From: Azolla caroliniana
Taxonomy: Eukaryota; Plantae; Polypodiophyta
Reading direction: 5' to 3'
NCBI GenBank assembly: GCA_043228905.1
Contig: JBHGNT010000008.1
Location: forward strand, 13,516,001-13,580,000
DNA: 64,000 bases
The translations under genes and the position numbers were made by a program. Under the pieces are notes generated by a model. It was not told the DNA's origin. It ran no database searches and worked only from the letters and a program-made list of their open reading frames with translations. Shown here one piece after another: positions 13,001-25,857 of this stretch (the first letter of the stretch is position 1; every line of letters starts with the position of its first letter).

Positions 13001-14250
13001 AGCTGACGTGCAAGACGCTGCTAAGGTGATGGAAAGGTTGTCGGAGGAGGACACACTTGTGCAATGGGTCAAAGAAGCAAGGCTATATGGGCAACCAACT
13101 AGAAAAAGGCTGAAGAAGGGGCCACAATCGGGGACAAGACTAGTTACTCGGTCAAGGGGCTCTTTATTTGGAGCGAAATACTTATTAGTGGGATATGATT
13201 GTTAGCAATTTCCCTAGGTTTTATAAAGTTTTACTATAATCTATTTGGACAAATCAAACCTCATATTGGTTGTTTCTTGATCCACATTATGTAATGGAAC
13301 ATTATGATGTTTCTCCAAGATAATTATGTTCATGTTGTTCTATGATAGAAAATATTTCATGTTCATTATGTTGTTTTGTGAGACTGTTAGTTACTTTGTC
13401 AGTGTGAATATGTTAGTGTTTTCTGATGTTGCAAAGTCTAAAGGGTTTGAATCTATTGCTCCTAAGGTCCATGACAGTGTGGAAACTGTTGATGTTGTTG
13501 CGTGTTTAGAGGGCCACATCTTGAAAGTCGATGTAGCAATTGACATAAATGATCTGGTCATGCAAGTTGATCAAGCATGTTGCACAGATGATCTTATTTT
13601 GCAGGTAGATGTAACATGTGATATGAGTTGGCTAATATCGACCAGATCAGTATCTACATGCATCGACCTAATGACTAAGTCGACAATACAAAAGCACTAG
13701 AATGTGAAGCCAAGCCCAACACAATCGACCGGGGGTTTGAAGAGGAAATAAACACCAATTGTACCGACAGAACCTGAGTTGATTGAAATTGATCGTGTGC
13801 TACTAGTAATTGTTGTAACAGAGGCTCAGTTACAGGAATGGAAACCTAAACCATTAGAAGTCGAACGAAGAGCTTTGATCTTGGAGCTTGATAAAGTCCT
13901 CATGAGTGTGTGATATATGATACCAAGGAGGGACATAAATCAAATTCTAGAATGGGTTGTGCAATACTTTGATTTGTTTATTTGGAGTGAAAAACCACGT
14001 ACAAATGTGTAGAATTGTGTAGAAAGATTCTTCCCGAAGTGGCAACTACATTTCAAGGGTCAGTGGACTCAAGAGAATTATGAGTAGAAGGATGTTGCAA
14101 GATTCAAAAGACTTTCTGATTTTTGGGGCACTTGGCCAGATTATAATGCTGACAATACATTGATTCTGGATACAAAACATTTCGGGCATTATTTCAACAT
14201 TTGTAGATGTTATCTCATTCTACCCAATGAAATGCTTGAACACTAGGTGA
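10085..14250 (+). pseudogene. Decayed multi-exon gene divergent from the Sola1-like transposase, with a C-terminal FCP1/NIF-like HAD domain
   Basis: Exon-like ORFs at 10877-11434 and 12681-13205 with GT/AG boundaries. Reading through three stops, 13851-14246 gives RALILELDKVL...LEWVVQYFDLFIWS...KRLSDFWGTWPDYNADNTLILD. That all exons belong to one gene is inferred. Confidence 0.55.
12055..12640. repeat. Array of the palindrome TAGCTAATTAGCTA
   Basis: Dozens of copies, with higher-order units such as ctaccatactttag and gctaagtggtagc. Confidence 0.95.
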
Positions 14251-14793
14251 AAACATTGAGCTGCCAACTAACTGCATGGTTGTGGACTCCATACCGAGCT
14301 CGGTATGCAGATCATATATGTATAGAAGTTCCACTGACCAACAAGAGCTTAGCTGTTTATAGGCAATTTGAAGACATTGGCAATGGGATGTTATAAATAT
14401 GTAATTTGATGACAGATTAATCAATGAAGAATTAAATTGCTTATTTTGAGTAACTTATGTACTGTGTAATTTTAAGAGTATGTTCAAGATTGTTGATTTC
14501 ATGATAGTGCTTTTTCTTAAAATTATGCAAACTATTTAAACTTGTACATGGTTCACTTGGGTAAATCTGTATCTTAGAAAGAAGAACCCTAAACGATATT
14601 ATTAAACTAGTTTTTAAGAAAGAAGAACATAAAGAAGATTGTATATAAAAAAGACACATGATTTTATTGAGAAAGAAGCATAAAAAGTAGACTGTATATA
14701 AAAAAAAACTACCAAATAGGTCCATTAAACTGTTTATTTGCAATACATGTGCTTTATTTGTTTTACAAGAAAACTGGTAATTGCTACTTGTAG

Positions 14794-17700
14794 CTACAAA
14801 TTCCATGGCATACTGTTGTAAATACATTCATACACATTAGCACTAACTATGTCTACACCTGAGCAGCTATTGTATTGCGACATTGGGACATTGATGCACC
14901 TGACCAAATGAGAGTACATGTACGCCACTGGTTTGTCTTCTAATAGCCTATACACATAATTGTAATCATCTAGTCTTGCATAGAAAATACCTTCCATGTA
15001 GAATGTCTTGGTAGATACAACATTTCTCCAAGCACCTAATATATTCTGCGTTGCACACTATTTATTAACTGTGCACTTCAATATATAGAAATCAACTTCC
15101 TATGAATTGCCTTCTTCTGCATTTGCAACGAAATTATCCCCAACATTTAAGACATTACTCAGAGTATCTCCACGTCCTTGATATGTGAAGTCAACATTCT
15201 TTTCTGTTTCTCCATCAATTGCTTCCTTATCGTTCAATGTATGATACTCCCAATTCTGAATATATGATTTGTTTAAACAATACCTCCCATTTCCCTGCAC
15301 ACAATGGAAGCAAAAACAAGTGAATTCTCTTACTGCAATACAATGACCATCCAACCTAGAATAACCACGAACAACATGGAGAGATCGCAATTCAGGAATT
15401 CCTTAGCACTCCAAGGTCTTCTCCCTATTTTCTTCATCTATCTTTACTTCCCAAAATTCACGTTTGATATCTCGAACCTGCGAGGAATAAACACCATCTC
15501 CCTTTAGCTCTTAAAAATTCAACTACATGTGTTGCACAATTCATCTGCACACCATTTGCCTTTAGTTGTTCATGGGTAAGTGCCCACTTTATAACAACAC
15601 CTGCACCATCATGTTCACCTTTACCATGACCAGACCCAAAAAAATTCCATCTCATCTCCGAACTTGTTATAGAAGGATACCTCCCCACAAAATAAAGTGG
15701 ACGTCTAGCCTTGAATTGTGACGCAACTCCATTAGACCAAACGTTTAGCTAATAACCATTGTCAATGTAAGCTAAAACAATGTTGGACAAACAAGGTATC
15801 ATGCTTCTTATCATCAGAAATAAAAAAATGAATTACTTTTTTAGCATCACCTGAAACTCGAAAATATGTTATGTGCACAAAAATGGTTACCTACGCTGCG
15901 CTGAACACCAATGCATAGATTGAATTTCATTCTACTACTTGAAAGTATAATTCTCTGCGAAATCTACTACTGAGACTACTACATCATTTGGAAAATCAGA
16001 TATGCAAGTCTTAAACTGATGGGCTTGCCATGAATAAATGTGTGTTTAATGAAATTTCCTAGAGATACTACAAATAAAGACGCCAAATCCCTTGGTTTAA
16101 GCGACTTCCTAACTAGATCCTTTCTTTTACACACCTTTCCTTCGAAATTAGTGTCAACTGACCCAAATAACTTGACATAGATTAATATTTCACTACTCAA
16201 TTCATTTGGACACCACCTAAATCTACTAGGGCCACAATCTTGACATAAACCTATGACTATGGAAGATGGCCTCAGTTTTTCTCGGACACAATACTGAAGC
16301 TAAAAGACAACTCATGGAAGAGATAACATGCTCAGATTATTTATAGTGCTCTTGCGGGCTCGATAGACAAATTGGGCACTCACAATTGCAAAATGCATTA
16401 GTTAGGGAGGCGCTATGGTGATGTAGTAGATTAACTGAGTCCTTGTGAAAACCCATTTGTACATGGTTAATGCAACACCATGTGTATCAATCCTTTAAGC
16501 GTCTCACAAAGTGTGGCTTAAGAGACTAGAATGTTCCTAGTTGAACTTTGATATTTGGATGCATTTGCTTGAACCTAATAAATAAATCAACCTGCATAAT
16601 AACATGGACATACTGATTAGCTGATTTGCTATGCTCCAAACTTGTTATAGCAGCTAATAAGCTATTCCAGTAGCTAATTAGCTATCCTAGTAGCTAATTA
16701 GTTGGTAATAACTAAATTAGCTATTGGGAATACCTAATTAGCTAATCTAGTTACTAATTAGCTATCCTGGCCGTTAAATAGCTAGTAATAGTTAAATTAG
16801 CTAGTAAAAACTAATTAGCTATCTTGGCCGTTAAATAGCTAGTAATAGTTAAATTAGCTAGTAAAAACTAATTAGCTATTCGGAATAGTTAGTTAGCTAC
16901 TCTAGTAGCTAATTAGCTATCCTAGCAACTAATTAGCTAATTAGCTATGATTGGTAGCTAATTAGCTATTTTAGTAGCTAATTAGCTATCCTAGCAACTA
17001 GTTAGCTGGTAATAGCTAAATTAGCTATTGTGAATAGCTAGATAACTAATCTCGTAGCTAATTAGCTATAGTTATATGCAGCTAATTAGTTAGTTAGTTA
17101 GTTTGCTATTTAGGTAGGTAAATAGCTATGCTCATGTTCTTAAGTAGCTAATTAGTTATTCTGGTAGCTAATTTGCTATAGTCATAGGTAGCTAATTAGC
17201 TATTCTAGTAGCTAAATAACTATGATTGGTAGCTAATTAGCTATTCTGGTTGCTAATTAGCTATCTTGGCAGTTAAATAGTTGGTAATAGCTAAATTAGC
17301 TGGTAATAACTAATTAGCTATTGGGAATAGTTAATTAGATATTCTAGTAGCTAATTAGCTATAATCATAGACAGCTAATTAGCTATTTTGGTCGCTAAAT
17401 AGCTATGATTGATAGCTAATTATCTATCCTAGAAACTAATTAGCTGGTAATAGCGACATTAGTTATTGTGAATAGCTAGTTAGCTAATCTGGTAGCTAAT
17501 TAGCTATAGGTATATGTAGCTAATTAGCTAGTTAGCTAGTTAGCTATTCTGGTAGCTAATTAGCTAGTCATACACAACTAATTAGCTATTTTGGTAGCTA
17601 AATAGCTATGCTCATATTCTTAGGTAGCTAATTAGTTATTCTGGTAGTTAAATAGCTATAGTCAGAGGCAACTAATTAGCTATTCTGGTAACTAATTAGC

Positions 17701-18779
17701 TGAGAGTGCTAGCTAATTTGCTATGGTTGGTAGTTAATTGGCTATTCTAGTAGCTAATTAGCTATCCTAGTAGCTAATTATCTGGTAATAACTAAATTAG
17801 CTATTAGGAATAGCTAGTTAGCTATTCTGGTAGCTAGTTAGCTATAGTCATACACAATTTATTAGCTATTTTGGTAGCTAAATAGCTATGCTCATATTCT
17901 TAGGTAGCTAGTTACCTATTCTAGTAGGGGATTAGCTATTCTGGTAGCTAATTACCGATAGTCATAAGCAGCTAATTAGCTAGTCTAGTAGCTAATTAGC
18001 TATTATGGTAGCTCAATGGCTATGTTCGATATTTTGTGGTAGCTAATTAACTATTCTGGTAGTGAACTAGTTGGTAATAGCTAAATTAGCTATTGGCAAT
18101 CACAATTAAGCTATTACTAGTACCTAGTTAGCTATGGTCATATTCTGAGGTAGCTAGTTAGCTATGGTCATATTCTAAGGGAGTTAATTAGCTATTATGG
18201 CAGCTAATTAGCTATTACTGGTAGCTAGTTGGCTATGGTCATATTCTGAGGTAGCTAATTAGCTATTCTGGTATGTTCATATTCAGAGGTTGTTAATAAG
18301 CTAACTAACTATGCTCAAAAGTCAAAACAAATGTTGAGATAAATGTAAATACCTTAGGTACATCAAGAAGATGAATGGCATACTCCTCGTATTGACTCCT
18401 TCCAACACGTTTCTTGCATAAATCCTTCTTATTGGGTGAAACCCTACTCTCATTAGTCCAAAATATTGTGATTATATTGGAGATTATTTAGTAGTATAGA
18501 TGTTATGTTTGCATTAAGACCATCACAATCAACTAACTCCTTTATCGATGGATCATTTAATATTCCATAAAGTACTACCTTCTTGTCTTCATTGCTGATG
18601 TGCTTGGTTTGAACACTAAAATAGTCGACAACCTTTCTCTCTATGATAGTAGTCTCAGTACTTCCATTCTCAGTCATAGTTAGACCTATATCGCAACCAA
18701 TACTATCTTTACCTTTAGTCAGTGTGGCTTTTGTATCCTTCAACAATTGACGATGTTTTCTTTTTTCTTTCCTGCCCAA
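14794..18779 (-). pseudogene. Sola2-like DDD transposase pseudogene with intron 16592-18352
   Basis: Motifs VVDFAENYTF..NEIQSMHW, FFISDDKKHD, WSNGVASQFK and WNFFGSGHGKGEHDGAG. A GT-AG phase-0 intron joins HLLDVPK to VDLFIRFKQ. Confidence 0.75.
16615..18310. repeat. 1.7-kb TAGCTAATTAGCTA palindrome array filling the transposase intron
   Basis: Directly visible, and confined between the splice sites at 16592 and 18352. Confidence 0.95.
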
Positions 18780-19009
18780 TACTTTCGTATCGCTTGTTGT
18801 GTCCTAATTGCGTTATCCCTATCTTGATGATCATTGAGGGTAATTCTAAACACCCTCCTTCCCCTTCCATTTGCCTTGACGGGTTTAAACCCTAATTTTC
18901 CCGAAAAAAAGACACGTATTAAAGATGGTTATGGACAACAACAATACACAAAAAACATTCCGCAATACACAAGATTATACACAACAATACACAAGATAAT
19001 CAATAGGCA

Positions 19010-19207
19010 GAATAATTATTGAAATCCAAGACCGAACAATGGCGGTAATGCAAGGCCGAATAGTGGCGGCAACTGAGTGTAGAATGGCAGCAGTGGAGGA
19101 GTGAACTCCGTTTCATCGAACAATTTTGGCAATCTAGGACCAAACAATTGTGACAACTGAGTATATAATGATGGCAATGGAGGAGTGAATTCTGTTGGAT
19201 CGAACAG
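19010..19207. repeat. Degenerate ~70-bp tandem repeat, left part (split by the copia insertion)
   Basis: Unit ggcaactgagtgtagaatggc..ggaggagtgaactc..atcgaaca. Continues at 24395. Confidence 0.8.
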
Positions 19208-22200
19208 TGTTGGGATTTTCGGTCCCTCCGGATGGGATGTCCGGAGATGAATGACGGCAAGCCCGGTTGCGGTTACGGAACCGGAGGATGAAGAGTACCC
19301 GGCATGAAGCCGGATGAAGAGTACCCGGCTACGGAGTCGGATGATGTAGACCCCGGCTACGGAGCCGGATGATGAAGACCCCGGCTACGGAGCCGGATGA
19401 TGAAGACCCGGCTGCCGAGCCGGATGATGAAGACCCCGGCTACGGAGCCGGATGATGAAGACCCGGCTACGGAGCCGGATGATGAATGTACCCGGAGAGA
19501 GATCCGGATGCGGGGACATATTTGTGAATATGTTTTGCCAAGGGCCCTGGAGGCTATATTTGTAAATAGCCCTAAAGTCATATGTGTATAAATATGACTT
19601 AGGGCAAACAGTTTTATGTTGCTACTCATTTTTCTGTTTTTCCACTCTAGAGGAGTGAAGAGAGAGCAGCCGTGAGAGAGATAGAGCGTGAGAGAGGAAG
19701 AGGTCGACGCCTCTGTGTAATACCGCCGCCTGTGGCGAGGACAGCGAGCTCAAGGTCGTCGCCTTGCAACTCGCCATTGTATATTTCTCTGTGCATAGTT
19801 TTGGTTTGGAGTCTTGCACTCCCGTGGTTTTTCCCGTATAGGGTTTTCCACGTTAATCCCTGTGTTATCGTGTCTTTCTCTGTGTTTCCTATTTTCTGCT
19901 GCATTGATTCGTGATTTCTCGGTTGTGGCCGAACGGTGAAGGTGAATCGGAGCGTGGATTCGTCACAAGTGGTATCAGAGCGACGGCAGTGCAGAAAATG
20001 GAAGGCGGCAGCAGCGGGCAGCCGGGGATGATGGTGCTGAATGCGCAGAACTACGCCGACTGGAAGATCAAGATGGAGGATCTTCTGATTGTTCGGGACC
20101 TGTACGAACCGATTGACAGGTCGGAAATACCGAAGGGGGTACTTGAGACGGAATGGAGGCTTCTGAACCGGAAAGCCGTTGCAACCATTCGGCAATACGT
20201 CGACGTGAGCGTTCTACAACATGTGGCGAACGACACCAACGCATACGAGATGTGGCGGAAGCTGTCGGGCCTCTACGAGAGGAAGAATGCGTTGAACCGG
20301 ACCTCCCTGATGAGGAAGATAGTGAACCTCAAGTACCGGGACGGCGAGAGTATGGTGGAACACGTAAGCACGTTCATGGGATTCGTGAACCAGCTTGCGG
20401 CGATCAAGTTCCCGCTGGAGGATGCAATGCAAGCCATCATTCTGATGTGTACATTGCCGGAAAGCTGGGAGAACTTGGTGGTGACTCTCAGCACCTCCTG
20501 CACCGAAGATAACTTGTCTCTACAAACGGTAAAGACAAGTATTTTGAACGAAGAAGCGCGTCGGAGAGATAAAGAACCGGCCTCCGACCCGAAGGCGCTG
20601 CTTACCGAATCGGATCGGGGAAGACAATGGAGGTACGTGCCGGATGGGAAATGAAGGTACGTGCCGGATTGCCGGCATAGGAGACGTGTGGTTGACAACC
20701 TCGACCGGATGCAAAATGCTGCTGAAGGATGTTCGACACGTTCCGGAGGTTCGATTGAACCTGATTTCGGCCGGGAGGCTAGACGATGAAGGCTACACGG
20801 GTAGCATCCGGAACGGTGTCATGAAGTTCAGCAAAGGGAGCCTGATAGTGGCTCGGGCCCAGAAAGTCAACACACTGTACCTTATGAATGCCCGGTTGTG
20901 TCCGGAAGAGTTGAACGTGGCAGCCGACACTGCCGGTGAGCTGTGGCACAAGAGACTGTGCCACATGAGTGAGAAGGGGATGAAGAGGCTTGCAGAAGAC
21001 AACCTTATCCCAATGAAGCATGTGCATCTGGAGAAGTGCACCGATTGCCTGGCCGGTAAGCAGAACCGAGCCTCCTTCCACTCAAGGCCACCGACGAGAC
21101 GTAGCGCACCATTGGAGTTGGTGCACATTGATGTGTGTCAGGTAGAAACGAAGTCACATGGCGGAGCCCAGTACTTCGTAACATTCATAGATGATCACAG
21201 CCGGAAGCCGTGGACGGCACCGTTGAAGACAAAGGACCAAGTATTGTCCGTCTTCAAAGAACTCCACGCGAGAGTGGAAAGGGAATCCGGCAAGGAGCTG
21301 AAAGCGATACGAGCGGATAACGGAGGGGAATACCGGGGGCAGTTCGAGGAGTACTGTCGCTCGAAGGGAATCCGGCTCGAGTTTACTGTGCCGAAGACGC
21401 CGGAACTGAACGGGCTGGCCGAGAGGATGAACCGGACCATAATGGAGAGGGTCCGGAGTATGCTGGCGCATGCGAAATTACCCAAGGGGTTTTGGGCTGA
21501 GGCAATGTCGACGGCGACATACGTGATAAACAGATCACCCTCAGTACCTTTGGATGGAGACACGCCGCAGAGAGTGTGGACCGGTAGGGAAGTATCCTAC
21601 CGGCATCTGAAGGTGTTCGGGTGTCTCGCATATGTGCATGTGGCAAAGGACCGGAGAGGAAAGCTAGATCCAAAGACCCGGCCATGCATATTCCTCGGTT
21701 ACGGCAACGACGAGTTCGGCTACCGAGTATGGGACCCGGTCGACAAGAAGATATTCAGGAGTCGTGATATCATCTTCATGGAGGACAAGACACTCGCCGA
21801 CTGGGAGTCGGAGAAGAAGATGAAGAGCTCAAAGTCGACCGGTGAGAATCAACTCTACGAAGAGCAGTCCCGACCGGCAAGGGACCGGTTAGCACTCGAG
21901 GATCCGGCCGAAGACGGTGAAGAAACAGAACTGGCCGAGGAAGATGAAACTGATACCGGAACCGGCCCCGATCCCGAAATGGATTCGGATGAAGAGGAAA
22001 CGGAGGAGCCGGTTACCGAAGCCCCGGAACGGAGATATCCTCTAAGAGAGAGAAGGGCCCCCCGGAGATTTCCGGAACCAGAGCACGTGCTGCTAACCGA
22101 CGAGGGGGAGCCGGAGAATTTTGAAGAAGCAGAGCTTGACACACATAGCCGCAGGTGGTTAAGTGCCATGCAGCAGGAGATGGATTCCCTGCATGAGAAC

Positions 22201-24394
22201 CACACATATGAACTTGTGGAGTTGCCGAAAGGAAAGCGGGCACTTCGAAACAAGTGGGTGTTCAAGCTGAAACCGGGAGATGCCGGAAACCCCCCGAGAT
22301 ACAAAGCCAGGATCGTGGTGAAGGGGTTCCAGCAAAAGAAGGGCGTCGACTTCGACGAGATATTTGCCCCGGTAGTGAAGATGACCTCCATCCGGACGGT
22401 GCTGAGCATAGCGGCAAGCATGGACCTCGAGGTAGAACAGATGGACGTGAAGACGGCATTCCTTCACGGTGACCTCGAAGAAGAGATCTACATGCAGCAA
22501 CCGGAAGGATTCGAGAAGAAAGGAAAGGAGCACCTGGTATGCCGGTTCAAGAAGAGCCTCTACGGTCTGAAGCAGGCTCCCCGGCAATGGTACCGGAAGT
22601 TCGACTCCTTCATGACAGACGAAGGGTACCACAAAACGCAGACCGATCACTGCGTGTTTGTGAAGAAGTTCGAAGGAGGAGACTTTCTAATACTCCTCCT
22701 GTACGTGGACGACATGTTGATCGTCGGACGAGACCAGGTCAAGATACGGATGCTGAAGAAGGCTCTTCACCGAACCTTCTCAATGAAGGACCTGGGTCCG
22801 GCGAGGCAAATACTAGGGATGCACATTATCCGGGACCGGAAGAAGAAGCAGTTGTGGTTGTCACAGGAGAAGTACGTGACAAAGGTGCTTCACCGGTTCA
22901 ACATGTCGGAAGCAAGACCGGTCGGGTCAACACTCCCGGCAAACTGCAAGCTGTCCAGGAAGCAAAGCCCCAAGACAAAGGCTGAGAAGGAGGTCATGAT
23001 GAAAGTACCATATGCCTCTGCCGTCGGGAGCTTGATGTACGCAATGGTGTGTACCCGACCGGACATAGGATATGCAGTCGGAGTGGTGAGCCGGTACATG
23101 AGCAATCCCGGCAAAGAGCACTGGAACGCGGTCAAATGGATACTCCGATACCTAAAGGGCACTTCGAACATGTGCCTCCGATTCGGCTCCGGTAAGCCCG
23201 AACTCGATGGATTTACCGATTTGGACATGTCGGCTGATGCGGATACCAGCCGGTCCACATCAGGGTATGTGATGACGTATGCAGGGGGAGCTGTTTCGTG
23301 GCAGTCGAGGCTGCAGAAGACGGTTGCGTTGTCAACCACGGAGGCGGAGTACATGGCGGCTGTTGAAGCCGGCAAGGAAATAATATGGATGAAGGAATTC
23401 ATTAGAGAGCTCGGTATCCGGTAGGAGGAGTACCGGCTCTACTGCGATAGTCAGAGTGCCATCCACCTTGCGAAGAACGCGGCCTACCATTCCCGGACGA
23501 AACACATCCAGCGTAGATACCACTGGATCCGGGAAAGGATAGAAGACAAGGAGTTCGTGCTGACGAAGATCCACACGGACGAGAACAGGTCGGATATGCT
23601 GACCAAGGTGCTCACACCCGACAAGCTGGAAGCATGCCGGAAGAGGATCGGATTGGAGAGACATCCCATGCCGAAGTGAAGGGGGAGTTTGTTGGGATTT
23701 TCGGTCCCTCCGGATGGGATGTCCGGAGATGAATGACGGCAAGCCCGGTTGCGGTTACGGAACCGGAGGATGAAGAGTACCCGGCATGAAGCCGGATGAA
23801 GAGTACCCGGCTACGGAGTCGGATGATGTAGACCCCGGCTACGGAGCCGGATGATGAAGACCCCGGCTACGGAGCCGGATGATGAAGACCCGGCTACGGA
23901 GCCGGATGATGAATGTACCCGGAGAGAGATCCGGATGCGGGGACATATTTGTGAATATGTTTTGCCAAGGGCCCTGGAGGCTATATTTGTAAATAGCCCT
24001 AAAGTCATATGTGTATAAATATGACTTAGGGCAAACAATTTTATGTTGCTACTCATTTTTCTGTTTTTCCACTCTAGAGGAGTGAAGAGAGAGCAACCGT
24101 GAGAGAGATAGAGCGTGAGAGAGGAAGAGGTCGACGCCTCTGTGTAATACCGCCGCCTGTGGCGAGGACAGCGAGCTCAAGGTCGTCGCCTTGCAGCTCG
24201 CCATTGTATATTTCTCTGTGCATAGTTTTGGTTTGGAGTCTTGCACTCCCGTGGTTTTTCCCGTATAGGGTTTTCCACGTTAATCCCTGTGTTATCGTGT
24301 CTTTCTCTGTGTTTCCTATTTTCTGCTGCATTGATTCGTGATTTCTCGGTTGTGGCCGAACGGTGAAGGTGAATCGGAGCGTGGATTCGTAACA
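19208..24394 (+). mobile_element. Young Ty1/copia (Tork/Tnt1-like) with LTRs 19208-19967 and 23690-24394
   Basis: TG..CA LTRs nearly identical apart from repeat copy number. TSD AACAG at 19203-19207 and 24395-24399. Met PBS at 19970-19981 and PPT gaagggggag at 23678-23687. Confidence 0.97.
19998..23678 (+). pseudogene. Copia gag-pol (gag, IN, RT, RNaseH) with an internal deletion/frameshift and a premature stop
   Basis: Contains LWHKRLCH, RADNGGEY, QMDVKTAFLHG, LYVDDML and STTEAEY. The CCHC knuckle and protease DSG motif are missing near 20630. TAG at 23422-23424 interrupts RNaseH. Confidence 0.93.
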
Positions 24395-24970
24395 AACAGT
24401 GGCAGATGATGCTTGGAACGCATAGTGATGACAACTGAGAGTACAGTGGCGGCAATGGAGAAGGAGTGAACTCCATCGGATCGAAAAGTGGTAGCAATAC
24501 ACGATCGAATAGTAGCGGCAACTAAATGTAGAATGATGGCAATGGATGAGTGGACTCCGTCAAATAAAAAAGTGGCAGCAATCCAGGACTGAATAGTAGC
24601 GGCAACTGAGTGTAGAATGATGGCAATGGAGGATTGAACTCCGTCAGATCGAACAATGGCAGGTGATGCTTGGAACGCACAGTGACGGCAACTGAGAGTA
24701 GAATGGCGGCAGTGGAGAAGGAGTTAAATCCATCGGATCGAAAAGTGGCAACAATATACAACCTTCACAGTAGCGGCAACCGAGTGTAGAGTGGCGGCAA
24801 GGGAGGAGTGAACTTGGCAGATTATGCTTGGACTGAACAATGGCGGAAACTGAGTGTAGAATGGCAGCAATGGAGGAGTGAAATCTGTTGGATCGAACAA
24901 TGGCAAATGATACTTGGACCACACAGTGTCGATAACTGAGTGTAGAATGGCGGTAATGGAGGAGTGGACC
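24395..24970. repeat. Degenerate ~70-bp tandem repeat, right part
   Basis: Same unit as 19010-19207, about 8 copies. Confidence 0.85.
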
Positions 24971-25500
24971 CAATAGGGTTTAACAACATTGGTAGTAATC
25001 TAAGCCAGAATACTCAACCAGAGATGGCCCACGTGATGTGGCAAAGGATCATGCATAATGGACCTAGGAATTCAGTATATAATTTATGGTGCACATCAAT
25101 TTATGTTGCACATTTATGGTGCTCATTTATATAATTCAAACTCTCTACTATTTTCAATGGTAGCATTTTGCATAGCTAATTAGCTATGTCAAGGACATAA
25201 CTAATTGTTTGCACTCACATGCTTTCACCCATAAGGGGAAGTCATCTTCTCATTGTCATTATTGCGTTCAAGCAATAGAAGAACATAGGAGCATAGAGCA
25301 ACCGAGACTTCTAGTTTTCGTCTCCCCGGTCAAGTCGACACCAACGTCAACAACATGAACAAGGGAAAGAAGATTGCCAGGTATGTTTTCCGAACTATAT
25401 TTTTAGATTCTTCAAAGATTCCTAAAATATTCCTTTTTGTGTTTGTTAATTTCTGCGTCCAAAATTCGATGATTTCAATCAATTTCTCATCATTTATACG

Positions 25501-25649
25501 GGAACTCGATGCAGTGGATCGAGTTCCAGTTGGAGTGTTCTCTTTCAACGAGAACTCGATGCATTGCATCGAGTTCCCGTTGAAAGGGGGGAGAACTCGA
25601 AGCAGTTCATCGACTTCTCGTTGAAAGAGTGTTCCCTTTCAACGAGAAC
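25501..25649. repeat. Cluster of short palindromes/hairpins
   Basis: Three variants of gaactcgatgcattgcatcgagttc, plus tcgttgaaag..ctttcaacga. Confidence 0.8.
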
Positions 25650-25857
25650 AAAGGGGGGACTTTCATGATCAATATACTAGAATTGGTCACTTTCTTCCTA
25701 TTTTTTCACAATTATCTCAATGTTTTTTTATGTAACATTACAACACTAAATGGGTGATTTTCGCCTACTTTTGTGGAACTTTACCCTAGTTTTCAAGTTT
25801 CTGTTGGTTATTTTTAAGATTATTGATATATCATTGTGTTATTACTTGTTTTTTTCA

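Noticed and set aside
20779-23742. Antisense ORFs over the copia pol
   Set aside because: Expected shadow ORFs of a GC-rich coding strand.
19010-24970. Regularly spaced ~70-bp repeats and the 27-bp LTR repeats as a CRISPR-like array
   Set aside because: The units are degenerate along their whole length, with no unique spacers or cas genes, in a eukaryotic context.
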